A program made the translations under genes and the position numbers. Positions 23,452 through 35,379 of a DNA stretch of 64,000 bases are shown here, piece after piece. This DNA is from Lepidodermella squamata. Taxonomy: Eukaryota > Animalia > Gastrotricha. Position 1 is the stretch's first letter, and every line of letters starts with the position of its first letter. The notes beneath the pieces are model-generated. The model was given only the letters and a program-made list of their open reading frames with translations, had not been told where the DNA came from and did no database searches. Where the stretch lies: assembly GCA_047495785.1 (NCBI GenBank), contig JBLDXI010000001.1, positions 1,612,001-1,676,000 on the forward strand, given 5' to 3'.

Positions 23452-23720
23452 TGAATACAATTTTCGATCATTTGTTTCGCCATTTTCGAATTTTAATTGT
23501 GTCAATAAAATAATCGAAATCGCAAATTTTTTAATCTTATAACCTAACCTTATAACCTAAATGGAGCATCCTTTTTATCATTTCATGATAAGTTATCAGC
23601 AATGAGAAAGGTCTTCAGTTATAGATAGCCCCAAAATGCTACGCAATACCCATTAAAAAAGGTTGATAAGGTCTTCTAAAATTGCGGTTCTCTCCACCCG
23701 GTTTTCCCACTCACGAAAAA

Positions 23721-24269
23721 ATGACCCGCAACGGTTTTTTCAAATTCGCGATTTTAGCAGCAATTTATGCCGCTTCAACCTTAACGGTGTCTGTTGAAGC
23801 AGTTGGTTGTTACATCTGTAGCAACAACAAGTTAGGTTGCAACTTCCACGCTGCTATCTACGACGCGAATGGCTGCAATCAGAACGTAACTCGTTACGCG
23901 AGATGCATGTACGGCCCAGCTCCGGATATCGACGAAGCTACAATTGTTATAAAGCAGACCCTAATTACCACTGAAGCCCTGAAGTCTGATGATCATAATG
24001 TCACAGATTGCGTCAAAGCCCTTACCCAGGCTCAATTTTACTTCTTCTCCGAACATTTCCGCAAATTGCCGCTTTTCACCTGTGGACCTTCAGCGCTATG
24101 CGGAACCTCCCCGATTTTCGACTCTATGTGGGCAATGGTGGAAATGTCCTGCCCGCTGCCTTATTTCCAACCAACCTATGACAGCCTTACCCTTATTGAC
24201 GCAGTTATGAAACTTGAATGCTGTAATGAAGACGGGTGCAACCGCGATCCTAACGCTTGCATTGGTTAA
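23721..24269 (+). CDS. Ly6/uPAR-like gene F, intronless, soluble (no anchor)
   Basis: Signal peptide, VGCYIC...LECCNEDGCN, and a stop 9 codons later. Confidence 0.8.
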   Translation: MTRNGFFKFAILAAIYAASTLTVSVEAVGCYICSNNKLGCNFHAAIYDANGCNQNVTRYARCMYGPAPDIDEATIVIKQTLITTEALKSDDHNVTDCVKALTQAQFYFFSEHFRKLPLFTCGPSALCGTSPIFDSMWAMVEMSCPLPYFQPTYDSLTLIDAVMKLECCNEDGCNRDPNACIG

Positions 24270-24312
24270 GAAAAAATTCATGCGCCTTAATTGATTTTTT
24301 AATTAGGGAAAA

Positions 24313-24962
24313 ATGATTGCGAATTTGATTATTTTTCTCGCATCAATTTCGGCCTCAGCTTCTTTGGTATGCAACGTGTGCCCGGAAAATTCTGGGACAT
24401 TGGGCTGTGCCAGGATTGACACTACCCCTATACCATGCGAGACTAAGGCAGAAAAAAGCGATTGGCCTCGATGTGCTGTGAGTCGAATAATTTTTAAGGA
24501 GGAATAATCAACAAATATTTTTATTAGTACATGCCGCATCCTGACCTACAAAAAATCAACGACGTGTTTGAAAGCATTAAAACTGTACTACAAGCATCGC
24601 CAGCTAATCAAAGCAGCATTTCAATGTGCATCGGAGCTTTGGACGTTGCCGAGAATAGTGTCCTAATTCCTAGCCTGCCCACCCAAAATTTGTACCGATG
24701 CGTCAGTGGCCTGATGGAATGCAATGAGAATGGCTTTATTCGCAAGGTTCAAGAGGCTGTTTCCGAGCCGTGCAACGACCCGGCCCTGCCGAGTATTACC
24801 GACCAGCTCGATAGGCTTGATCCGCATCTTAAACAAATGTGTTGTAATTACGATTTCTGCAACCACGAGACTAACCCGGCTCCACCGTGCAGCGCGTCGA
24901 GCACGATTTTCGCCAGTTTTTCACTCATTTTTCTGGCATTCATGTTCATTGCAAATAATTGA
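24313..24962 (+). CDS. Ly6/uPAR-like gene G, GPI-type; exons 24313-24477, 24528-24962
   Basis: Signal peptide, LVCNVC...MCCNYDFCN, then SASS and a hydrophobic tail. Confidence 0.85.
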
Positions 24963-25151
24963 AACCAAAATAAAATATACCGGTATTAATTTATTCAAAA
25001 ATTATTGACTGATATTTTGAGACAGACTTATGCTTAAAGAACGAGAGGGTGAAACAATGTTGTGAAGTTTTTACGAAAAAATACGTGCAATTTGGCAAAG
25101 ATTAAAAGAACTATACCAAAATTGGAATGAGAAAATATTTTAGTCATGGAT

Positions 25152-28004
25152 TTATCTAACTTTCTGCTTCGGCTCTCGAAATTTGATCTGAAAAAAAACA
25201 TAAACATTAGGCTTGTATTTTCGAAATAGACTAATTGAATACCATTTCCCCATCGGTATAAGCTCTTGAAATGAGGTCAAGGGCTTCGAAACCAGCCGTT
25301 GGCCGGATTCTACGCTTTACCAACTCGTAGACGCCCAAGAACATTGACAGCCAACGAAGCGGAACAATGTAAAGAACAAAGGCGATGATAAGGAAAAGTA
25401 ACATCGCGGCGGCTGATACCCATGGAGATCGCCATAGAACAATGTTTTTCAGCCGTTCATACAGCGAAGTTATGCTATCGATCGTTCGATGTACCCCGAG
25501 ACAGATTTCTTGCAATTTATTCAATTTGTCAGCTAATGAGAATTTCACCTCCTTAATATAATTTTTAAATTTGTTATCAAAGTTTTCATTCGAAAATTAC
25601 CTCTGTATGCGGTTGATCCTTAGACTCTTTAGGGGGCGAATCCTCTTCTGGAAGAGAAGGCTCTGGAGAGGCAAGGAAGCATGTGAAACCGAACAGTACA
25701 GCCAGGCCGAAGGGCGTCATCCAAGGCTCGTAAATGAAGCACAGAACGACCCAAAAACCGATCGCACACATTGTAGTCGGAGGGTGCGCCCAACTTGTCA
25801 GATCGCTCAAAGTATCAATAGCTCGGTAGTACTTGGCCACTAATTTGTTCACCTTGGCAATGTCTTTCTGCAACATCTTGATGCTGACTTTCTCCTCCTT
25901 GGCCAGGTAGTATCCCTCTTTCGGGTCTAAAGCGCGTAAAATAGCGCGAGGTTTGTTGTAGAACAAATAGGCTTCGAGTTCGATTGAACCACGTGGCGTT
26001 GCTGGTTCCTTCAGACGACTTGTCCTTAAAGCGTACCATTTCCGCTCACCCTGGGCCTTATGGAGCTATAAATTCGAAAAATTCGTCAAATTAAAATAAA
26101 ATTACGGAATAAATTGCTCACTCGAAGAAGAGGAATGACCATTTTTCCAAGAAATTCAGGCTTGCCATCGTTATCATCGTCGAATATAGTTACTGAAATA
26201 ATAATGCTTTGAAAAGTTTAGAAAAATTTTCAAAATACTCACGAGTCATAATAGAATGGATGTCATCGATCGGACTGAAAATAAAAAATAATAAAAAAAA
26301 AATAATAGAGCGGCAAAAATTGAGACTGACATGATAAAAGTACGATTCCATTTGGGATGTAAAGTTTTGTGCTCGGTATGCGTGCGAAGTCGAACATTTA
26401 CTATATCAATGCAGGCGAATGGGTCACTTTTCCCGCCAACATCAGCCACTAGCAAGTTTTTCGCTTGAATGACTTTGAGGACTAAAACACCGGCCGCTTG
26501 GCCTGGCAATTGTTGCGTTTTCGGAATCGACTGGATGGAATTAAATTAAAAATTGATGAATGATGAATGATGAGTTCCGCTTACGAAAGTGTCAGCCAGC
26601 TCTTTCATCCAAGTTACTTCATCGGCTTTAAGGAATTCAGGCGATATAATCGGCTGACCACCAGGAGACCAAGTCGGAACTGGCAGAGATCCATTCGCGG
26701 CTATCACATCCGGCCGACTACCGGTTATCGTCACCGTCATTAAAACCCGCCCGCTGTTATCTGACAATCGCTTGTCCAACTTATGCGTTTGTTCGATGGC
26801 CAAAGACTTCAAATTAACCGTCAGTCGGCCGATAATTTCCCCACTTCGACTCATCTCGACGTGAAGATCGCCGAAATTTTCGTCTTTTATGAAAAAATCG
26901 AACAGCTCCCCGATTGGAATGGCATGCCCTCGGCCTTCAGCATCAGCGCTGGTGAACTGGACCGATTTAGTTCGCTGCCATTCAGAATTGTAGCCGATTT
27001 TAAGGTGGAATTCCGACTGCTCGCCGGTTTTGCTGCTCGCTTGCGTTGAGCTGAACATAGGAATTCGAGGATCGGTAACTTGGGCTACCACCACCTCCAA
27101 CATGTGCCGCCACATTTGATTATTGAAGGTCAACTTTTTGACAAATTCTGGTTTGGAAATCTGAAAAATTTGAAAATTAAATTTAATTCTATCCTTGAAA
27201 TTTGGAAAATTTAACCAGACGCATGCATAAAAATCAAAGTCAGCAAATACGAAGGTATAGCCGAACAGTTAGTTGCAATTCGTGAATTTTCCATTTTACG
27301 GAAAAATTCAGGAAAATGTTTGGAAAAAAATCTAACTTAGCCGGATTTACTTTTAAGGAGCGCCTTTCAAAGGTCTGAAAAGATGGTCAAAAAGAGGTTG
27401 AAAAAAACGCGAGTATTTTAATAAGCCGTGGAAAAGTTCGACAGAACAATTAATGAAAATTACCTTGACTTCATTCGATCCGAGTTTTTGTAGAAAAGTC
27501 GTAACGATTAGATACCCTCGATAGCCGCCACTTCCACTGTTGTTGAGGATCGCCAATTTATCGGTTAATATTAATTTGTGTTCAGTCACCCTAAAACAAA
27601 AAGCAATTAATTTCCCTCGAATTTTTTTTAATAATGAAATCAAACTTGTCATATTCGAGTTTTAACAAATCGAGATCAACCCGGCCAAGGAAATCGTCCG
27701 AAATGCTGCCTCGGTCGTAGTCGTAAACGGCAAAGTAAATTTTCTGGCCGAGATGGTCGAGGATAATTTCACAGGTCTCGTTCCAAACTGGGTCAAGCTC
27801 TTTCATTATAGTTTTCGTTCGATAAGCCGTCTGCGAGTCGAGCTTCACCTTGACGTAAGGATCACTTGTCCCACATTTATCCATGGCAATCAGCTCGTGG
27901 GCCTCTTTCAGGCCTATTGTTAATTTAAATTGCGTTTTACTAGGCTGTTGTTCGGCAGATTTTCGCCGCTCATCCTTTTCCTTCCCTGAAGAATCAGCGT
28001 CCAT
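25152..28004 (-). CDS. MCTP: Multiple C2 and transmembrane domain protein (MCTP-like), copy 1, multi-exon
   Basis: C2A (LIAMDKCGTSDPYVKV..VYDYDRGSISDDFLG), degenerate C2B, C2C (ADVGGKSDPF..RLRTHTEHKTLHPKWN), and a PRT_C-like TM region (ERLKNIVLWRSPWVS..PLRWL). Confidence 0.85.
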
Positions 28005-29268
28005 TGTTAAATTTTTGTTAAATATCTAAAAATAATTATTTTCGCACGAAGGATTTATATAAGGTAGGTGGTGTTGTTGATTTTTAAGGGTGCGGAATAA
28101 ATTATCTACCTCATCACAACCTCATGATGAGTATTATTTTTATTTTATGCTAAATACAAAATAATGCCATCATTTCATGGTCTAGCGCCATATTCTGTAA
28201 GGCTTGACGCCTCAATGGGTCTCTTTTACATAATATCAGTTGGCAAAAAAAGGCGCGACAAATAGAAAAAACTCAATGCGCGAGACAAACAGAATACGAC
28301 TGGGAGCTTTTGAATAAGTGCCTGTAATTTGCAATAGGAAAAAAGAAAATAATGCAACCGCGACTTGTGTTATACAAACTCGCGCAGTTGGAGGTTAGCG
28401 CCGCACTATTTCTTTCCTATTTTTTGCCTTTTTCATAGCATAGTAGCGCGTGCGTAAAAAATACAAGCAGAATAATATACTTTTCTGAAGCTTTTTCCTG
28501 CGGATGAGATAAATGCGATAAAAGCGGCTGCTTCACCGAAAGCCGTATACAAAAGAAAGAAAGAACCTGTATTTGGCAAGCTTGAGATGCGAAGGGCAAT
28601 GCAATTTCGGCCCGAGAAAACAATCTTCACGCATTATTTTATTAGGATCCGTTGCTCTTGTAAAAAACTTGCGAAACAATCCTTCGAACATGGATATGTT
28701 GTTTAATCGCCAGAGGGCATTAACCCGATATATCGACGTATGCAACGAACCTATGATGATCTAAAGACATGAAGCATGTATTTACCTATATATTATATGT
28801 AAAAAGTGGTTTTGCAACACTCCTGTTATATCGTGGTAATAATGATAATAGTAAAAAAATACTCAGACCGTATTATCGTTTATAATCCAACTGCGCGTCA
28901 AAAACTACCCCAAGTCAGGGAATTTGCTTACCCTTCAATCTTCGCTGGGTGAACACGTCATATACTGGAGTGTTAGGTAGTTTTTTTCATGCTCAGCTTG
29001 AACGCCGCCTAGATGGGGTTAGCACGTATTTAGGGGTTATAAATAACTGGAAATTATTCTGATTTTTCGGATAATTTTATTCAACTTTGAAATATGAGCC
29101 TTTTGGCACTACAGGCTAAAGATTACCGAAAACAACGTCGGAAAAATCGATATATTGCTGGAACTCACAGGGATTTCAATTATTCATTGTTTTTATTAGT
29201 GATCAATACTACACCACGGATATTATTGAAGCAGATAAGATATTCAGCTTCAGTTTTCATCGCTTGCT

Positions 29269-31864
29269 TTACTTTTCAACTGCCGGTTTTGGATCTTGGA
29301 ATTTAAGCTGGAAAAATCACAAAAAATCATTAAAAAAATTGGCTATAAAGGAAATTCTTACCAATTCTTTGTCAGTATAAGCTCGCGATATTAAATCGAA
29401 TAATTCAATACCAGCAGCTGGCCGAACTTTTTTCTTGCTGAGTTCATAGACGCCGAACGCCATAGCCAGCCATCGGAATGGTATGACGTAGCACAAGAAG
29501 GCAATCATGACGAACAAAAGAGTTGTAACAGCTGAAACCCAGGGTGCTTGCCAAAGAGCCATATTCTTGACACGTTCGAACGTTGACAGGGCTTTATCAA
29601 TCGAGTAATGCATAGCAATGCCCATTTCCTCCATTTTTCGCAGCTTGTCTGTTAACGAGGTCGCCTCGTCCTGAAGAAAATTATAGCAATAAATCAGCGA
29701 AAATTGATAAAATTACTTCAAAAGGCGTGTCATCATCTTGCAGTTCAATTTCTGTCATTTCAACATCGTCAGGGGTTGTGATGAAATAGGTAACCATAAG
29801 TAGGGTGGCCAAACCAAAGGGAATCATCCATAATTCAAACACGAGGCACAGTAAGATCCAGCCGCCAATAACGCACATGGTCGTTTGTTGATTTTTCCAC
29901 TCGAAGATATCGAGCAAAAGTTCGCGCGATTTGGCTGCTTTCGCGGCTAATTTCTTCATTTTCTTGGCGTCTTTTTGCAGCATTCTTACGGTTATCTTCT
30001 TATTGTCCCTCGGCAGGTAAGACTCTTCTTTAGGATCCAGAGCGTGGAGAACAGCTAACGGCTTGTTGTAGAAAAGATGCGCTTCGAGTTCGATTGAGCC
30101 TCGCTGTACCCCGTCATCTTTCAGCCTATCGCCGCGTAATGCATACCAAGCTCGTTCACCTTGAATTTGGTGGAGCTATATAAATTTACTTCAAATAACG
30201 GCCTAAACTTGGATTTGATATTTTACGTTCAACACGGGTATAGCCATTCTGCCTAGAAATTCCGGCCTGCTATCCAAGCCATCGTCATCGAAAACCGAAA
30301 CTGAAATCGAATTTCAATTAAAACTGAAAAATTTCAATTTTTTTTTTAAATTACCAGATAATATGGAATTAACATCCTCAATTGGTCTGTTGAACAAAAT
30401 TATCGAATTATATAAAGATTTTGAAGAAAAATTAATCACCAACATAATAAAGGTGCGGTGCCATTGCGGGTAAAGATTTTTGAATTCGGTATGGGTTCGA
30501 AGTCGGGTGTTGACAATCTCAATGCAAGCAAACGGGTCGCTTTTGCCATTCATATCGGAACTCAACAGATTTCGAGCCTGAATAACCTTGAGAATCAACA
30601 CCCCAACAGCATCTCCAGACACTTGCTTCGTGTTAACGATAGACTAAAGGCAGTAATTAAATTTTTAATTAATTTTTTTCTAAATATTTTACGAAAGCCT
30701 CGCCGAATTGTGCTATCCAATTAGCTTCATCGTTATCTTTCACGGCCTTTGCTGGAATCATTGTTTGACCACCTGGGATCCATGTTGGTACCGGAAGGCC
30801 ACCATTCGCCGCGATAATATCCGGTCTTGTCCCTGTTATCGAAACGGTCATTAGAACCTTCCCGGCTGAATTTGACAGTCGTCGATCGAATCGATGCGTC
30901 TGCTCGATGGTTAGCGATTTCATATCGATGGAAAACTGGCCGATCGTCTCGCCATTGCAAACCATCTCGACGCTCATGTCGCCGAATTTGATATCATCTC
31001 GAATCGGATAATGAAAAACATCGCCGATTTCAACCAAGTTGCGACTTCCGTCGTGATCTGCCGGGAATTTCAACGGCTTGGTCCGCTGCCATGCCGAGCC
31101 GTGGCCGACTTTGATGTAAAAATCAGGCTGTTGGTCGTCGGGTTTCACCGCGGATTTGACGCCAAAAACGGGCACGCGCGGGCTTTTAATGCTGGCTACG
31201 ACAATCTCAACTACATGGCGCCAAGTTTGGTTGGAAAATGTCAAGGATTTGACAAAGTCAGGAGTTGTAATCTGAAATTTTCCAGTAAAAAATTAAGGAA
31301 ATTTCTGTATTATATTCTTACTTTCATCGACCTCCTTTCGACCGCCTAAAAATTGTAAAATTTTTACCTGTTTTTTTAAATAGGGCAAACCTACCTTTAC
31401 TTCATTTTCTCCCACATTTTCAATCAGGGCTGTGATGATAATAGACCCACGGGATCTAGTTCCAGCTTTAGTTTGACCTTTTTCCGTTAGCGGGATTGTT
31501 TTCTCGGTCAGTCTTGAATGAACATTTGTGATTTTTCAAAATCGAATCTATAGCAATTTCCTTACTTCCCAACTTCGATACTCAAGATATCGATATCTGC
31601 CCGTCCCAAAAAGTCGTCGGCAATGCTGCACATGTCGTAGTCGTACAATCCCAGGTAGATCTTTTGGCTGAGGTGGTCGAGAATAATTTCACAGGTCTCA
31701 TTCCAAACCGGGTTCAACTGGGCCATGATAGTTTTACTCTTGAAAACCGTCTCATTATCGACCTTGACCTTAACGTAAGGATCCGAAGTCCCACATCGAT
31801 CCATAGCGATCAAATCGCGTGCCTCTTTAAGGCATAACGTCAGTTTGAATTTAGGTTGATTCAT
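29269..31864 (-). CDS. MCTP: MCTP-like protein, copy 2 (tandem paralog), multi-exon
   Basis: Same domain order and a similar exon layout to copy 1 (DLIAMDRCGTSDPYV, SDMNGKSDPF, ERVKNMALWQAPW). Confidence 0.85.
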
Positions 31865-32429
31865 TTCTGTGTAGAAGCGATAGAAATTCGAAATAAAAGC
31901 TACAAATAGCAAATATTGACAGAGGGTTCAGGAAAGCTTCAATTTCCACACGTAGCGTTAACACTCAAGTGAGACCGCAGCTTGTTGGCAGAGCTATGTG
32001 TTAAAAATCTTATCACAAAAACTGTGTTTTTTTCTCCAACATTTGGAAAAAAGTGTTGAAAGAGTACCTAAGAACTTGATATATACAAAGGCTCCGTGTT
32101 TTTATTTTGTAGAGTCTTTTAAAAAAAGTACAACGTGTGACCTGTTGGGAGGCATTTGTGTGGAATTTTCGTAAAATTAATGTTATGAAAATACTTTTTT
32201 TTAGAATAAAGCGCATCCTCGGCTTCGCAGATGATCCAGCTAAATAATATGTAAATGAGGTTTTATACCGCAAACAACTGGACAAGTTTTTCCATAATTT
32301 TCTGGCTGCCGGCTAAAATATGTTTTATATCTATATATACTCGTCTGATATTTCACGCATAAAAAATTATGCACACATCCGCCTTATTAGAGATTGTAGC
32401 CTTTTTAGCAGACTCCGAAGTAACATTTC

Positions 32430-32629
32430 ACCGAATTAATTGGCCATTTTTTTAAATTTCCCAAAAACACCAAAATATGTCAGAAATGTAAATTTAAAAA
32501 TATCTAAAAACTCTCAGAAAATATCGATTTTTTTGAATATTTGGGATTTTTTATATTTTCATAGGTATGCACATTTTTGACATAATTCGGGGTTTTTGGG
32601 GAATTTCAAAAATTTTCAAATAATTCGGT
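32430..32629. mobile_element. Decayed foldback/MITE-like inverted repeat
   Basis: accgaattaatt..aaatttcccaaaaacacc..atatgtcagaaatgt is an imperfect reverse complement of 32571-32629. Confidence 0.55.
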
Positions 32630-33167
32630 TAATTTTTGGTTGAGTTGGGACTTTTAACTTCCATTTTCCGCACATTTTTGAAAAGCTGAAATGAGAGATA
32701 ATTGATATCAATAAATCAAGCAATCAGGAATTCGGGAATTTTCCTTTGATTAAGTGCTTTGTCGTTCAAAGCCGTAATACAGGTTTCGGATGCACCGGCG
32801 CCATCGAGAAGACACGCCGTGAGTGTTTACTCGAAACGACTCATCATCGTCGCTACAAAAATTGCGCGCATGCATGCATGTCGCGCGGGCGTTAAGTTAA
32901 AAGTTGCCTAATCCGATTACCTATTATCTGTAAAGCAAATTGTAATGGTTGTGATATTAATGATTATTGTTGACGTCGACCAGCAAGCAACAAAGCGACG
33001 TATTATAATAAAAACAATAAAACAAAAATAATAAGTCCGAGACGTGTGTGAAACTTTTTTGACACCTATCATCTTATTAGGTACATGTTACGTGTTATTT
33101 TTCCATCCTCTAATTAGGTCTAACGAACCGGTTTTGGTACCTTTTTTTGTTCGCGATTTAGGCAGTT

Positions 33168-35379
33168 ATGCTTCGATACGTTGTGTGCCTACTCGGCGTA
33201 GTAGACACCCTACTCGCCGCCCCGCCCAATTTATCGCCGCCTGTCTATACAAAAAATGGCATTTTAATCGGCCATCGCGTCAGTGTTGGTGGCTTAGAAG
33301 CTTACGAATTCGACGGCGTGCCTTTCGCCGAGCCGCCTGTTGGGACGTTACGCTTCAAAAAAACGCAGCCGAAACAGCGCTGGCCCAATGCGTTGCTATG
33401 CATGACCCCGCCGCCCGCCTGTCCTCAGGTCATTCCGACCCCGTTCGGGCCAAATTTTTCCGGCACCCTCCAGATGCGCCTCAACACCACAATGTCTGAG
33501 GATTGCCTCTACCTTAACATCTGGGTGCCTAGAGCTGGCTTGGACCAGTTGTACTACTCCCAAATGAACCCGCCATCTTTCGGCGCAACCACCCCACCGC
33601 CCCGCCAGCTACCCTTATTACCAGTTTTGGTCTACTTCCACGGCGGAGGGTTCGTCATGGGCTCTGGTAACAGCGATCTGTTGAATGGGACCGTTCTATC
33701 AGCCTTTAATAACATCATCGTTGTGACGGTTCAGTACCGTCTCGGTCCGCTTGGTTTCCTGTACACTGGTACCGACGACGCCCCGGGTAACCAGGGTCTT
33801 TGGGACCAACTTGAAGCTTTGAAATGGATTTGCGATAACATTGCAAATTTCGGCGGAAACTGCAACCAAATGACAATTGCTGGCCATAGCGCTGGTGGAG
33901 TTTCAGCGAGTTACCACTTGCTGTCACCCTACAGCCGGCAATATTTCCAACGAGCGATTTTACAGTCAGGAACCGCGTTGAGCGACTGGGGCGTTTTGAC
34001 TCAGACCGAGGCGAAGGCAAGGTCGAACCGACTCGCCCAACTTTTATCGGCTGATTGCTCAGACGGCGCGACTGTAGACCAGGAAACTACAGCCGCGTCA
34101 CGCATGACCTGTTTACGCTCGCTTGATGGCATGAAATTCGCGCAGAGGCAAAACGAGGTTCTGCAGGTTGATGACACCGGATCGCCTGGTCTATTCGCCT
34201 TCGCCTTCACCCCGGTTATCGACGGAGATTTCGTCCCGCGAAATCCTAGGGACATGTTGCAAGTCGGCGATTTCTACAACGTATCGATTCTTGTTGGATT
34301 AACCAAGGAGGAAGGCTCGATTCCAGTTCAACTTTCCCTTCAGGTAAGCAAATTTTTCTAGACTCAGCATTCAGCTGAAAATGTCTGAATTTCAGGGGTT
34401 GAAACTTTTGCCGAATCCACTAGTTCCTAATCGAACTATGGATAATTTTGACCAAGTCGCTTATGAAGGATTTATTCAAAGCTACTTCCTGTACTACCCT
34501 CGAAACGGAATTCTTTCGTATCCAGTCATTCAGGAGGGCATTCGCCTCATTTATTCAGCCCTGAGTAATAACGGCGAAATTATGATGGGCCGAAGCGTTA
34601 TTGATCGGGTCGTTCAGGCTGTTGGCGATTGGGCCCTGGCTTGTCCTACAATTCTATGGGCTGACTACTACTCAGATTCGCCTGATGATTACAAAATCAG
34701 GGTGAGTAATTCGCTGATAACTTCGATTTCCTTACTTCGAATTTGATTTCAGACTTTTATGTATTATTTCACCCAACGATCGAGTCAAAATCCGTGGCCA
34801 GCGTGGACTGGGGTGGTACATGGTGAAGAACTGCCTTATTTATTCGGTGAGCCTTTCGCGAATTACGCCGCGAAAATGTCCTACACCGAAGAAGAAAAGC
34901 TGCTCAGCCGTGTTTTGATGGCGTATTTTGTCAATTTCGCCAAGTTTGGCGACCCCAACCGGGCTGATCCGACGAGTAAAAGCCAGGCGAACTCGCTATC
35001 TCTGAGACCGTGGCCTGAGTACAAGGACTCGTTGGGTAGAATGGCTGCTCATATCAATATTCAGACCAGAGTTCGGCAAGAAGGGGATGGTGGTGTCTAT
35101 GGCCTGAAGAGGCGAGAATGCGCGGTACGAAAATTTTCTGAAATTTCGGGAATTTTTTATTTGTTTCCAAATTTGAATAGTTCTGGAATTTCCTGTCCAG
35201 GGTGCACACAGCAATTACTGTCGGTACGTTACGATTTTTTTACGATAATAAAGTGGTTATGATCCTCTCAATTTACAGCCGGACAATGTGGTCGTGAAAG
35301 TGCCGATCTAGTTATGCTAAATCCTTGGAAACCGCCGACTACAACGCCCAAATCAGACGCTGCAGCTGGTCGCCGCTAA
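33168..35379 (+). CDS. Secreted acetylcholinesterase-like carboxylesterase CCE1; exons 33168-34343, 34396-34701, 34753-35124, 35181-35223, 35279-35379
   Basis: Signal peptide, GVPFAEPP, SEDCLYLNIW, HGGGF, GHSAG (Ser), EEG (Glu) and HGEE (His). Confidence 0.9.

Noticed and set aside
23539-23561. TAACC/TTAGG telomere-like repeats
   Set aside because: Only about three imperfect units, too short to call.
28381-28897. 12-bp inverted repeat CGCGCAGTTGGA...TCCAACTGCGCG bounding ~520 bp
   Set aside because: Possibly an old non-autonomous transposon, but no TSD or second copy is visible.
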